Assembly (NCBI RefSeq): GCF_006345805.1
Contig: NC_043005.1
Location: 24,862,001 to 24,926,000 of the forward strand
Reading direction: 5' to 3'
DNA from: Octopus sinensis
Lineage: Eukaryota
DNA: 64,000 nt
Numbering within the stretch: position 1 is the stretch's first letter; every line of letters begins with the position of its first letter. Positions 37,040-50,002 of this stretch are shown here, one piece after another. Below the pieces are notes generated by a model that did no database searches, was not told where the DNA came from, and worked only from the letters and a program-made list of their open reading frames with translations. The translations under genes were made by a program, and so were the position numbers.

Positions 37040-37890
37040 ATATTCTTTTGTTCTTTTATTCTTTTTTTGTTTCAGTTATCTGACTGCGGCCATGCTGGAG
37101 CATTGCCTTTAGTCGAACAATTTGACTCCAGGACTTATTCTTTGAAAGCCCAGTACTTATTCTCTCGGGGTCTTTTTGTCAAACTGCTAAGTTACTGGGA
37201 TATAAACACGCCAGCATCGGTTGTCAGGTGATGGTGGGGGTGGGGTGGGACAAACACTAACACACACATACATCATACACACACACATATATATATATAT
37301 ATATACGATGGGCATCTTTCAAATCCACTCACAAGGCCTTGATCGGCCCAAGGTTTATAGCTGAAGGCACTTGCCAAAAGTGACACAGTAGGACTGAACC
37401 CAGAACCATGCAGTTGGGAAGCAAGCTACTTACTACATTTTTTTTTTTTATGAAACGATTCTGGAAATAGTTACAAATATCTCCTCCTTTTTTTTTTTAA
37501 CCTTTTACTTGTTTCAGTCATTGGATTGTGGCAAGGCTGGAGCACTGCCTTGAAAAATTCATTCAAACAAATTGATTGCAGTACTTATTTTTAAGTGTGG
37601 TAGTTATTCTGTTGTTTCCTTTCGTTGAACTGCTAAGTTAAAGGGACAGAATCAAACCAACAGTGGTTGTCCAGCAGTGGGCTAGAGAAAAACACAAAGA
37701 CATGCGTACATACACACACACACTACACACACACACACACATGACAGGCTTCCACACAGTTTCTATCTACCAAAACCAAATGCATCAGATGACCCGGTGG
37801 GGCTATTGTTGATGACACTTGCCCAATGTGCCATGCAGTGGGATCGAACCTGAGACTACAGATTTGCAAAGTGAGCTCCTTAACCACACA
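37040..37890 (-). mobile_element. Two tandem, CpG-eroded SINE family A copies (37040-37436, 37503-37890)
   Basis: Consensus recognisable, with many CpG to TpG/CpA changes. Confidence 0.75.
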
Positions 37891-37977
37891 GTCATACTTT
37901 CAAACAGTCCATGCTGTTCACTGCATCAATCTCCATCGATGCTCTCTGCTTTCTTTGGGTGGTGGTATTTGAAGCAT

Positions 37978-38212
37978 TTCAAGGCGGCAAACTGGCAGAA
38001 ACGTTAGCACGCCAGGCGTAATGCGTAGTCGTATTTTGTCTGCCGTTGCATTCTGAGTTCAAATTCCGCCGAGGTCGACTTTGCCTTTCCTCCTTTCGGG
38101 GTCGATTAAATAAGTACCAGTTGCACACTGGGGTCGATATAATCGACTTAATCCGTTTGTCTGTCCTTGTTTGTTCCCTTTGTATTTAGCCCCTTGTGGG
38201 TAGAAAGAAATA
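37978..38212 (+). mobile_element. SINE family B monomer with a 14-bp TSD
   Basis: GGTATTTGAAGCAT at 37964-37977 and 38213-38226. Confidence 0.9.
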
Positions 38213-38510
38213 GGTATTTGAAGCATCCTAGATGAGGTTTGCCAGCCCCTCATCCTACCCTCTTGCATTTCTTGGAAGCAGAGGCTATTATGGGTAGTAT
38301 GAAAACCAAAAATACATACATGGTACACTGAATAAAACAGAAGAGTGAACAGGGAACAGTAAAAGGGCCATAAAGAGCAAAGGAATAAAATATAAACTGG
38401 TTAATAATGCTTCTAATGTTATTCTACGAAGAGTTAGTAGTGGGCTGTTGGGGGTGGTGGTGAAACGAACACAGGGATATCAGCTTTCATTATTGGTTCA
38501 TTGCGAATGC

Positions 38511-38529
<19 letters not shown>

Positions 38530-38549
<20 letters not shown>

Positions 38550-39070
38550 GTTTTCCTGTGTAGAAGCCTATATGAATGTCCATGTGTGTATGTATAATGC
38601 ATGTGCGTGTCTGTATATGTGTGTGTGCGCATATACTGTTTTCCTGTGTAGAGGCTTATATGAATGGCTGTGTGTGTATGTATGTGTGTGTACTGTGTAC
38701 TGTTTTCCTGTGTAGAAGCCTATATGAATGTCCATGTGTGTATGTATATGCATGTGCGTATATGTGTGTATAGAGGCCTATATGAATGTCCATGTGTGTA
38801 TGTACGTGTGTGTGCATGTGCAGTTTTCCTGTGTATATGAATGTCCGTGTGTGTATGTATATGCATGTGTGTGTGTGTGTGTAGAAGCCTAGATGAATGT
38901 CTGTGCATGTATGTATATATGTGTGTATGCGTATACTGTTTTCCTGTGTAGAGGCCTATATGAATGTCCGTGTGTGTATGTATATGTGTGTGTGTGTGTA
39001 CTGTTTTTTGTGTAGAGGCCTATATGAATGTCCATGTGTGTATGTATATGTGTGTGTGTGTGTGTGTATA
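38530..39070. repeat. Complex minisatellite: unit with TTTTCCTGTGTAGA(A/G)GCCTATATGAATGTCC separated by (TG)/(TA) runs
   Basis: The non-microsatellite anchor recurs about 8 times. Confidence 0.85.
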
Positions 39071-39814
39071 AGAGTGGAATTGTGCATGTGTAAATACCTC
39101 TTCTCTCTCTCACCTTCCCTTCATCTCCATCTCTCTCCTCCACTCTAATTGCTACTCTGTTGTGTGTGTGACTATTTGTGTGTGTGTTTGTGTGTATCTA
39201 AGTGTATACGTAACGGTATGCAAATGCTTGTGTGTGTATATGGCTCAATATATGTGTGCCTGTTTAAGTGTATGCATATGTATTGACATACATATATATA
39301 TTTATATATGTGTGTGTGTCTGTGTGTGTGTGTGTGTATATAAGGGGATGTAACTGTGCATGTGTAAATATTTCAATGTGTTTGTGTGGAAGTGTATATG
39401 CATGTATGTTAATGAATTGTGTAAGGGGATGCAACTATGTATGTGTACGTACCACAGTGTGTGTGTGTTTGTGTCTGTATACATGAGTGTTTGCAAAAGT
39501 CTGTGTGTCTCTATTCTAAAAACTAAAAAGGAAAAAAAAAATGCAATCCTTCACCAGATTGATTGGGGAACTCCAAAAAAAAAATGTAAAATGAAAATCA
39601 GAAAATAACAAAGTGGTGGTTGTGGTGGTGGTGGTTGGGGCAATTTGTACCCTTTTTTCTTTTATGTTAGAAACACACACACAAAAAATAGGGGTTATTG
39701 AATCATGCTAAAGCTTATAGTTTTCTTTCTGTGATTTTGAAAGGCTCCCTTAATGTAAATATATTTTTTCAAACATATCTTGCATGGTGTATCGTAATAA
39801 TATCTCTTTCACTG

Positions 39815-39854
<40 letters not shown>

Positions 39855-40005
39855 CATTATTTAATAGTTTAGCATGCATCTAATTATGGGTGTATGCAAT
39901 GTTTGTGTGTGTGAATATATATATATATATATGTGTGTGTATGTGTGAATATATACATATCTATATGTATGTGTATAAATGTATATCTGTATATACATAT
40001 GTAAT

Positions 40006-40044
<39 letters not shown>

Positions 40045-40297
40045 CACACACACACACAACACACACACACACATACTAAACAAACATATATACACACAAA
40101 CACACCCTCATTGTACACACGCATTCATATGCTCATATACATATCACCATTGATATTATGTACATTCATAAAATGGTGCATATACACTAAACTAACATTA
40201 CATTCACACACACACGCACACAATGTCATTATATACACTACCAGTTACTATCATGCAAACACACGTGCATTAGAATATCATAACACACACACACACA

Positions 40298-40680
40298 CAC
40301 CATCATCGTCATCATCACTGTTTAACATCTGCTTTTTATGCTGGCATGAGTTGGACAGTTTGACTGATGACTAGCAAGCCGGGAGGCTGTACCAGGCTCC
40401 AATCTGATCTGGCAAGGTCTCTACAGTAGGATGCCCTTCCTAACACCAACCACTCCAAGAGTGTAGTGGGTACTGTTTAAATTGCTAAAGGCATGGGAGC
40501 CAGTCAGGTGGCACTGACATCGACCATGCTCAAATGGTGCTTTTTACATGCTATTTAGGTGGCACTGGCTTCAGTCACACTCGAATGATGCTTTTTACAT
40601 AGGCGGCACTGACATCAACCATGCTCGAATGGTGCTTTTTATGTGCCACCAGCATGGGTGCCAGTCAGGTGATACTGGCA
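40298..40680 (-). mobile_element. RTE LINE 3' UTR fragment
   Basis: Reverse complement of the 36570-36897 tail, beginning with (CAT)n. Confidence 0.75.
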
Positions 40681-41280
40681 TTTAACTGTAAATGTATACT
40701 CACTCATTATCATACACAGATCAGTATGAGAGAAGGGATGCAGAATTCTTTCATTAGACTGTGGCCAAGCTGGGGCACCCCCCTTGAAGAACTTAAGTTG
40801 AATGAATCAGCGCCAGTGACTACTTTTTCTATCAGTCTCTTTTGCCGAACTGTTAAGTTATGGGGGATGTAAACACACCAACACTGGCACTTAACTGTAA
40901 ATGTATACTCACTCATTATCATACACAGATCAGTATGAGAGAAGGGATGCAGAATTCTTTCATTAGACTGTGGCCATGCTGGGGCAGCCCCTTGAAGAAC
41001 TTTAGTTGAACGAATCAGCGCCAGTGACTACTTTTGCTGAACTGCTAAGTTATGGGGGATGTAAACACACCAACACTGGTTGTCAAGCAATGATGGGGAA
41101 CAAACATCGACAAAAAGACACACACACATATAAGATGGGCTTCTTTCAGTTTCTGTCTAATGAGTCCACTCACAAGGCTTTGAGATAAAGGACACTTGTC
41201 CAAGATGCCACATAGTGGGACTGAACCTTGAACCTTGTGTTTGGGAAGTAAACATCTTACCATACAGCCTAGCCTGCACC
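40674..41280 (-). mobile_element. Eroded SINE family A copy with a ~205-bp tandem duplication of its 3' end and flank
   Basis: TTAACTGTAAATGTATACTCACTCATTATCATACACAGATCAG... occurs at ~40681 and ~40890. Confidence 0.75.
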
Positions 41281-41537
41281 TATTTGTATGTGTGTGTAAC
41301 ATTAGTATAATGGTATGTGTATATTGGTAGTTTCATGTGTGTATTTATAATGGTAATGTATTTGTATGTGTGTGTGTGTGTGTGTAAAAGTGATTAACAG
41401 TATTTCATCTTTGTCTTTTATCCTCTCGGGGTCACTAAATTAAGTAGCAGTTGCATACTGGGGTCGATCTAATCAACTGGTCCTCTCCCTCCAAATTTCA
41501 GGCCTTGTGCCTTGAGTAAAAAAGAATATTAGGGTAC

Positions 41538-41569
<32 letters not shown>

Positions 41570-41599
41570 TATAACTGTGTAGTTGCATGTGTGTGAATA

Positions 41600-42320
41600 T
41601 AATGATAGTGTATTTGTGTCTGTTCATGTGTATGTTACACCAATGTGTTTGTGTATTTTGTTATATTTTACAGTATCTGTAGTGTAGCATTGTACATACA
41701 TATATATATGTGTGTATATGTATGCATGTATGTGTAATGTGTCTGTGTGGTATATGTTGTATGTGTGTGCATGTGTATGCATGTATGTATAGAGTATGTA
41801 CGTGTATATGTATGTCTGTATGTGTAGTGTATGTATGTGTATGTGTATATGTATGTGTAGTGTATGTATGCATGTATGTGTAGTGTATGTATGTATGTGT
41901 AGTGTATGTATGTATGTGTAGTGTATGTATGTATGTGTATATGTATGCATGTATGCGTAGTGTATGTACGTGTATATGTATGCCTGTATGTGTGTGTATG
42001 TGTATATATATGCATGTATGTGTAGTGTATGTATGCATGTATGTGTAGTGTATGTATGTGTGTGTATGTGTATATGTATGTATGTATGTATGCATGTATG
42101 TGTAGTGTATGTATGTATGTTTATATGTATGCATAGTGTATGTATGTATGTATAAGTATGAGAATGCGCTTGTGTGTGGAATATATTTTAATATATGGGA
42201 ATGTGTATATATGTGTAATACTTTTTAAGGCACGAATGTGTGCGTATGTGTATGTTCATGTATGATATATTCTAATGTAATAGAATGTACATGTGTGTGT
42301 GTGCTTGTGAGTGTGTGTGT
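41600..42320. repeat. Degenerate (TGTA)/(TG) satellite-like tract
   Basis: Recurrent TATGTATGTGTAGTG units; explains ORFs 41624-42155. Confidence 0.9.
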
Positions 42321-42780
42321 GTGCACAGTGCATTTTAATGTTTGAGAATACCAACTGTAGCCCATGCTGGTGTGTATATATGGTTGGGTGGTGTATTTTA
42401 AAGTACAAGAATGTGTGTAGAATATTGTAATGTGTGTGTATGTGAGCCTAACATGTTTCATGTTTGCTTCAGGAACAATATGGAATGTGTGTGTGTGTGT
42501 GTGTATGTGTATTGAATCTTCAGTTATCTGACATATGTAGCCAAAGATATAATCAAAGGCTGATCAATGTTTGATCATTTTGGTATTTTGATTTTTTTTT
42601 TCCAATTTCATAGATATATCAAAGTATGTTAATCATGCACACATGCACACACACACACACACACATTCATGCATTTACTTTTTTACATACATACTCCAGA
42701 CACACATGTATACTTACATATATACACACTCAAGCCATACATACACTTAACATATATTGCATACACATGTTGCTTACACA

Positions 42781-42867
<87 letters not shown>

Positions 42868-43917
42868 GAAATAGTCAGTGGGATGGCCAAATGTGGAATT
42901 CTTCATGCCATACATAATGTTTTGAAATGTAGTAATTTTACCATTATGTATTCCATCCTTAGAATCTGTCAGAATTGACATGTTTTCTTCATATTCTGCT
43001 ACAAAAAGAAAAATAAACTAGAAAAAAATGAAAAGCAAAACAAAAAACAAGACACGAAAAAAACAAAAAAAGAAAAGTTTCCATTTTTCAATGCTAGCAT
43101 GGGTTAGATGCAGGCCCCTGCAACATTTTGTTTCGAGGCCTCATCCCTTCAGTCAAAATTCATAATCTACGCACCTTTTATTTATAGCTGTATTTTACTT
43201 TATTCTATCTGAAGTTCAATATTTCATGTTATCCCTAAAGAACATCTTTAAAAATTCAACAAGTTAAATTTATTTAGGCCTATTACGAATTTCAATAAGT
43301 AAAACTTCCAGATATGAATAAAAGAGTACTTTTATAATCCAGCAACTTTCAACGACAAACATTAATCAATTCAGAATAATCAAGCTGAGAGCTAAGTTCA
43401 TGTTCAATTGATATCATAGACAATCCACAAAGTCTGGTACATGTTCATGGTACAATGTAATATTTTTATAAGAACTTTTGCACGTACAATGTATTACCAT
43501 TTTATTTCTTGAAATTTTCAGTTGACATAGTTTAATCCTCGTTCAACATCTTAATCAAAGTAAATAGATGACACATCTATGTATTTTGATCTTAACATGG
43601 GGCCTCTCAACCACAGAGGGTTAGTGACGGCTTCGGTTAGGTGGGTACTTATTTGAGGCAACATTTTATAGGCTTGTGCTCCTCCTGTCACCAAGCCTTA
43701 CCTATTTCTCATGTACGACTTTTTCTATTCCACTGGTTTTCTAAAGCACAATGCACTTGATCATACAATCAATAAGGAATGTAAACATAATGTTACTTTT
43801 TTTGTACACTGTTGAGGCAAGCAAAGCTGAAGAATGTCAACATTTGCACATTTACACGTCTGTGCACACATACACACATTGGTGTATAAACATATATACA
43901 TATATACAAGGAGGTTT

Positions 43918-44325
43918 CATACAGTTTCTTATTTCTTTATTGCCCACAAGGGGCTAAACATAGAGAGGACAAACAAGGACAGACAAAGGGATTAAGTCGA
44001 TTACATCGACCCCAGTGTGTAACTGGTACTTAATTTATCGACCCCGAAAGGATGGAATTTGAACTCAGAATGTAAAGATAGACGAAATACCTATTTCTTT
44101 ACTACCCACAAGGGGCTAAACACAGAGAAGACAAACAAGGACAGACAAATGGATTAAGTCGATTACATCGACTCCAGTGCATAACTGGTACTTAATTTAT
44201 CGACCCTGAAAGGCTGAAAGGCAAAGTTGACCTTGGCGGAATTTGAACTCAGAATGTAACAGCAGACGAAATACCGCTAAACATTTTACCTGGCATGCAA
44301 ACGTTTCTGCCAACTCGCTGCCTTC
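43918..44325 (-). mobile_element. SINE family B head-to-tail dimer
   Basis: Two cores; junction GAAATACCTATTTCTTT at ~44084-44100, same as the 23.3-kb dimer. Confidence 0.85.
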
Positions 44326-44639
44326 AATACAGTTTCTGCCCAGCAGTTCCACCTAAAACATGTTAGCCAGCCCAGGACAATGGTAGACAATGTCCAAAAT
44401 GCTACACATAAGGCTTGAATTTATTGGCACAATCATTACAGTGATGGACAAAATACTTAGCAACCTTTTGTCTATCTTTACATTATAAACTCAAATTCCT
44501 CCAAGGTGGACTTTGCCTGACATCCTTTTGGAGTCTAAGTAAATACCAGTTAAGCACTGGGGTCAATGTAGTTGACTTTTCCCTCCCCCAAAATTTCAAG
44601 CCATGTACTTATGTAGAAAGGGGTCTCAGGGAGTAGCAT

Positions 44640-45250
44640 CCCTGCCTTCCTGAGCTAGTTTCCCACCACATTTCTTAAAAATTGTGGTAGAGGCCTTAAT
44701 CTCAGGACTACTCGTGTCTAGAAACTGAGGTTGGGGAGTAAGCAAGGGCATGCTCTCCATAGAAAATCCAACTCCAAAAAAGCTTCATGGTAGCAAAGGA
44801 GAATGGGCAGCAGCCAGCCCAAAGGTTGGGGTGGGCTGCACCAGCCTACCTCGGTTGCTATGGCACTGAGGTAGATCTGGCCATCCACGTTGATGGGGAC
44901 AAAAGCCAGATTTAAAACACTGGATGATGAGTGAAAGAGCAGTGCATGCCATCAAAACGACATTGGGGTACAAATATACAAAGCCCAGTATACCTGTCAT
45001 GATTACCCGTCTGGTAAGTGTAGACCAAGCACATGCATCACAACTATATATGCATGACATGGTGATCTCATTAATATGAATAAACAGCACATGAACTTAA
45101 AGGTGGGACCCAGTTAAAATTTTCTTCAGGTTGAATGGTCCATCCCACCGAAAAGGTTCCCGAATAAGAGTTGCTTAAGGTTGATGAACAAAACACCCAT
45201 GTTTCCAGGGGTGAATTGCTCAAACTGAGAATTCCTCTTATAGTCGCCCC
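44640..45250. other. Unclassified GC-richer segment, probably an old retroelement end
   Basis: Compositionally distinct, with no convincing ORF or splice sites. Family not determined. Confidence 0.25.
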
Positions 45251-45673
45251 ATAAGCGAAGCCAGATCACTAGATTAGACTAGTTTTGCCTGAAAAATTAC
45301 AAGCTTGTCAGTAGTGACTACTCCATCATCATATGGTTTGTCTAAATCCAGACTCACAGTATAAATATTTACCTTATTAATTTATTGCTGATTTAGCGAA
45401 ATGTTAATGTGAAAATTATAAAATAACGAAGGCAGCTATACACAATATAAACACAAAAAGGAAAAATTCATTTGTTACTAATTGTGACAGAGAATGCTGA
45501 GAAGAACCTGTATTGCTAGAAATAAGAGCTGAAAGCTGCAAGAAACACGTCTTCATATACTGACAAGGGTGATAACCACACACACGTACGGACGCACGGA
45601 CGCGTTGTTTTTTGTTCTAAGTTTTGTTTTTGTTTCTATGTTGCTAATTTTAATATTTGTTTCTCTTTGCTAG

Positions 45674-45805
45674 AAATTGGTTGAGATGGGAAATGTTGAA
45701 GATGGTTCCGAGAAGTGTCGGTTAATGCAAAGCCGAATTGATGCCACATGGGCAGGTTTAATGAAGGGCTCCAGAGTATACCGGAAAAATTCTCTTCAAA
45801 GGCAT
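45674..45805 (+). CDS. Probable internal coding exon (132 nt, phase 0-0) of an unidentified host gene: KLVEMGNVEDGSEKCRLMQSRIDATWAGLMKGSRVYRKNSLQRH
   Basis: Acceptor TTTGTTTCTCTTTGCTAG, donor CAT|GTAAGT. Exactly one of three frames is open, the length is divisible by 3, and the sequence is non-repetitive and lies in the CpG-depleted domain. Confidence 0.7.
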
Positions 45806-45865
45806 GTAAGTAACAAACAACCACTGCAGAGATAAAACAAGCAACAACAACAACAGCAATAATAT

Positions 45866-46078
45866 TCCTTTCTATTGAAGGCACAAGGCCTGAAATTTTG
45901 GGGGATAACTCAATTGCATTGACCCCAGTGTTTTACTGGTGCTTAATTTATCGACCCCAAAAGGATGAAAGGCAAAGTTGACTTTGGCAGAGTTTGAACT
46001 CAGAACATAAAGACCGATGATATGCCGCTAAGCGTTTTGCCTGGTATGCTAACAATTCTGCCAGTTTACTGCCTTAAC
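45866..46078 (-). mobile_element. SINE family B copy, CpG-eroded
   Basis: Consensus recognisable, with the GGCCTGAAATTTTGGGG tail. Confidence 0.75.
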
Positions 46079-46263
46079 GATAACGATAATGATAATGATA
46101 AGATATATAAAAATAATAAGTGAGAATATTTGATAAACTTACCAATTTTTATTTTAAACTAGCTGATCACATTTTAAATTATAACATTTAAATTCAAATT
46201 ACGATGAACCTAACAAACAAACGAAGTTTGCTTTAGAAGCGTTGAGATGTGTTAGAAAGTTAA

Positions 46264-46483
46264 CCTTTTCGTTACCAACCCGACTGAAACTGGCTCTGGC
46301 TCTGAGTACAAATATGTTGTTATCATAAGTTTTGAATTAAAATCTTCCACAAAACCTTAGTCACAATTTATGTTCCTAACACTAGCTGAATGGTAACTAA
46401 GTTATTTTACTAAATTCTTTGTTATATTTAAAGTAATTCAAAGAAACACAGAGCATCTCAAAATAAATACAGTAACGAAAGGG
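46264..46483. mobile_element. piggyBac-type MITE, 220 bp
   Basis: TTAA|CCTTTTCGTTAC ... GTAACGAAAGGG|TTAA (11/12 TIR match, TTAA duplication). Confidence 0.85.
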
Positions 46484-46899
46484 TTAAAGAAGTGATTTTA
46501 AATTCTCAAACACAGGATAATGCTAATAATATAGCCTAAAGAAACAGAAAAGAGAGAAAAAGGAGAAAAGGAATAAAAGGAAATGAGAGAAGGGTGGGGT
46601 TAAGCAATAAAACATGAAGGAGGAGGGGGAAATGCCGCTCCCCCACCTCCCAAATAAATTGTGTGCTCAGCCACGCCCTGTGGAATCTGCAGTGTTGTTG
46701 CCTTGGTGAATGGCCCATGACACTCGCTGCAGTAACCACTCCACCTCGTGGAACTCATTTCTTAGACAGGCCACTGTTACCCTGATTTTATGGAAGAAAT
46801 CAGTAATGTGGGGTCTGAGAACATCTGAGGTCTTGACAGTGACTAACACAAATTGATAGTCAGGTCAGTCAGGTCTCTGTATTTATTTTTTACATGCAT

Positions 46900-47040
46900 G
46901 TCTGTGTAGTTAGGGAGCTTGCTTCCTAACTACATGGTTTTGGGTTCAGTCTCACTGCATGGCACTTTGGGTAGGTGTCTTCTGCTATAGCCCCGAGCTG
47001 ACTGGAGCTTTGTGATTGAATTCGGTAGGCAGGAGTTACT
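46900..47040 (+). mobile_element. SINE family A head fragment
   Basis: GTGTAGTTAGGGAGCTTGCTTCCTAAC..GGGTTCAGTCTCACTG..TTTGGGTAGGTGTCTTCTGCTATAGCC. Confidence 0.65.
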
Positions 47041-47199
47041 GCTGTCTGTGTATGTGTGCGTATAGCTGCTCAGTGCCTCTCCGAAAGAGAGAGAGAGAGA
47101 GAGGGGATTCTCTTAAAACTCTTTCAAAATTGAAAATATTACGAACTTAACAGAGACTTAACAGAATCAGGTCTTCTTCCCCTACAGTGTATCATTTCT

Positions 47200-47572
47200 A
47201 ATGATAAATAACATCCACAGTGTAACATTCAACTGCTAGATGTCTGAAGAAATCCACCTGCCCTGTAGCAGTATAAATAGCCACCAGTTTAAAAGCACTC
47301 CAGTCACTACTGTTGACATCCAGGACTGCATATTTATCTTCTTGGTCTAAGAAGATGGCCCTTATCTTGAGATACACACAATGCTGCAGTTCCACCCCAC
47401 CATTCTTGGTTGACAAGGAGATAAATAAAACTCATATCTACCTAAAATGGGAATGAAAGCTTGTGGATCAAGGAGTCTGGTCTCACTGATGGCTATAACA
47501 TTTATGTCTGGTGACCTAAGGTTGTTGAGTGGGTAGCCCTGTTTTGAAGTTGACCTTAGGCCAAGTGCTATA
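47200..47572 (-). mobile_element. APE endonuclease fragment of the same L1/Tx1-like family as 1-2580
   Basis: ORF 47362-47610 contains LGLRSTSKQGYPLNNLRSPDINVIAISETR, paralleling GLGSA*KQGHLLNDLRSHGVDVAAISETR at ~700-800. Confidence 0.7.
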
Positions 47573-47591
47573 ACAACAACAATAATAATAA

Positions 47592-47808
47592 ACCTTTCTA
47601 CTAGAAGCACAAGGCCTCAAATTTGGGGGAAGAGATTAAGTCGATTACATTGACCCCAGTGTGTAACTGGTACTTATTTAATCGACCTCCAAAAGGATGA
47701 AAGGCAAAGTTGACCTCGGTGGAATTTGAACTCAGAACGTAGCAATGGGGGAAATTCTGCCAAACATTTCATCCAGTGTGCTAATGGTTCTGCCAGCTCA
47801 CTGCCTTT
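47592..47808 (-). mobile_element. SINE family B copy
   Basis: Consensus, CpG-eroded. Confidence 0.75.
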
Positions 47809-48229
47809 ATAAATAATAATAATAATAATAATAATATTGACAATGATAATAATAATAATAACAACAACAATGACAATGACAACTGGTTTGAATATTTGCA
47901 AGTTACGACAGACAAATAGATTTGATAGATCGAGAGAGCGCAAGAGAGAGAGAGAGAGATTAATGGTCAGATGTAGCAACAGTCATGTCTGCAACTCCTG
48001 TACAGAAGCATCCACCCCTCCAAATACATGCACACACACACATACATATGTATATACAGACACAAACACATACATACACTATATACACAACATATGTATG
48101 TACTAACATAGTGACACATAACTATGTATACATACACACACATCAACAAGATCTGAAAGAGGAACCCTCTGCATATCCTAAAATGTTATGACTGGGGATG
48201 TACCAGTAAACTTGAAATATATGATAATA

Positions 48230-48715
48230 ATCCTTTCTTCTATGGCCACAAGGCCGGAAATTTTTGGGGAGGGAGCTAGTTGATTATATTAACCCCAGCC
48301 CCTAACTGGTACTAAGTCCCTAACTGGTCCTTATCTAATCAATCCAAAAGGATAAGAGGCAGAGTCAAAATGTGTGATAATAATGGTTTCAAATTTTGGC
48401 ACAAGGCCAGTAATTTGGTGGGCTGAGAAGTAAGTCAATTACATTGACCCCAGTGCACAACTGGTACTTAATTTATCGACCCTGAAAGGATGATGAAAGG
48501 TAAAGTTGACCTTGGTGAAATTTGAACTCAGGAAATGTATACTAATGATCCTTTCTGCTATAGGCAGAAGGCCTGGTACTTAGTTTATTGACCCCGAAAG
48601 GATGAAAGCTAAAATAGACCTCGATGGAATTTGAACTCAGAATGTAGCGACAGATGAAATACCACTAAGCATTTCGTCCAGCGTGCTACAACAATTCTGC
48701 CAGCTCACCGCCTTA
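48230..48715 (-). mobile_element. Cluster of partial SINE family B units
   Basis: The tail GGCACAAGGCC..AATTT.GGGG and the core recur three times. Confidence 0.7.
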
Positions 48716-49125
48716 GAAATGTATGCTAATAATAACATGAAATGTAGCCTCTCTTTGACTCATGACAATTACATCACATTTTGAAAGTTCTGTTTATGGT
48801 TCTGCTTTTGGATTCCAAGTACAAGAAGATACTATGAAATACTTAATGAACAAAATACACAGTGAAACCCTTAAATCCCCAAGATGCAACTGAAAGGGTC
48901 AATTAAGTCACTTCTTCGGAAGATCTAAATGTGATCAGTAGATTCCTCAAAATGTCATCGAAATATCATCTCCCATTGTGACATGATGCCATTACTAAAA
49001 CAATAAACGATGTAATAAAGACTGCTTTGGGATAGATACAGACAACGTCCCTCTTATTGATGGAACATTCCTATCAAAACCTCTGCTAAGTGCAAATATA
49101 ACAAGTTTGATATACATTATTTACT

Positions 49126-49353
49126 TATGGCATAGTGGTTAAGAGTGTGGGCTACTAACTCCAAGATTCCAAGTTCGATTTCAAGCAGTGACCTGAATAA
49201 TAATAATAATAATAATAATAACATTGTATAGGAATGAGAACCCAGGTTTGAAATTTTCCCAAGACACCTGATGAAGGCTGGAGGGTATATCAGCCAAAAT
49301 GTTGTGTTAACAACAAACAAGATGAGGACAAATATCCATCAAATGTAAATAAT
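49126..49353 (+). mobile_element. SINE family E (tRNA-like head, (AAT)n spacer, hammerhead-like module), copy 1
   Basis: Head GGGCATAGTGGTTAAG...GTTCGATTTC; ACAC-CTGATGA-A-GGCTG(N10)CAGCC-AAAA-TGTT-GTGT at 49264-49307. Confidence 0.75.
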
Positions 49354-50002
49354 GGTCAGAATGTAACAACAAACAAAACAGTGCTAAGCATATTGGCAGG
49401 TGTGCTAACGATTCATCAAGCTTGCCACCTTGATGATGATGATAATAATAATAATAATAATCATAATCATAATGATTACCCGATGTGTCAACGATTCTGC
49501 CAGCTTGCCGCTTTGATAAAATAATAATAATAATAATATTATTAGTAATAATAGTAATAGTGCAAAAAGGAGTCTGAACAATGAAAAGCTGACATTAGGA
49601 TGATGATGATGATGATGATGATGATTAAGGTCAGCTGTTCTGTGGCTATCATTATGTCTTTGAAAATCTGTGAGAAGAAGAATATTTATGGATAACTGTT
49701 TTGAAGCCCGCACCTTCACTATTTTGATTATAAATTCACACTTCTTCAAATTTAATGATTTATTTATTATAAAATCACACAATAATTGCTTATGTAGATC
49801 GTTATGTTATTAGATATTTAAATGACCATGTGCAAAAGCTAGAACTTTTAGGCAAAGAAAGTGACCAACAAATGACACTTTTCTTATACAGTCTGTAAAT
49901 GGAACTGTAAGAATAAAAAAGATTTCCCTAAAGTTCAAGATGTAACACTTTCACAATGTAACACTTTCAAGATGTAACACTTTCTGTTTTTGTTGTCTAA
50001 AT

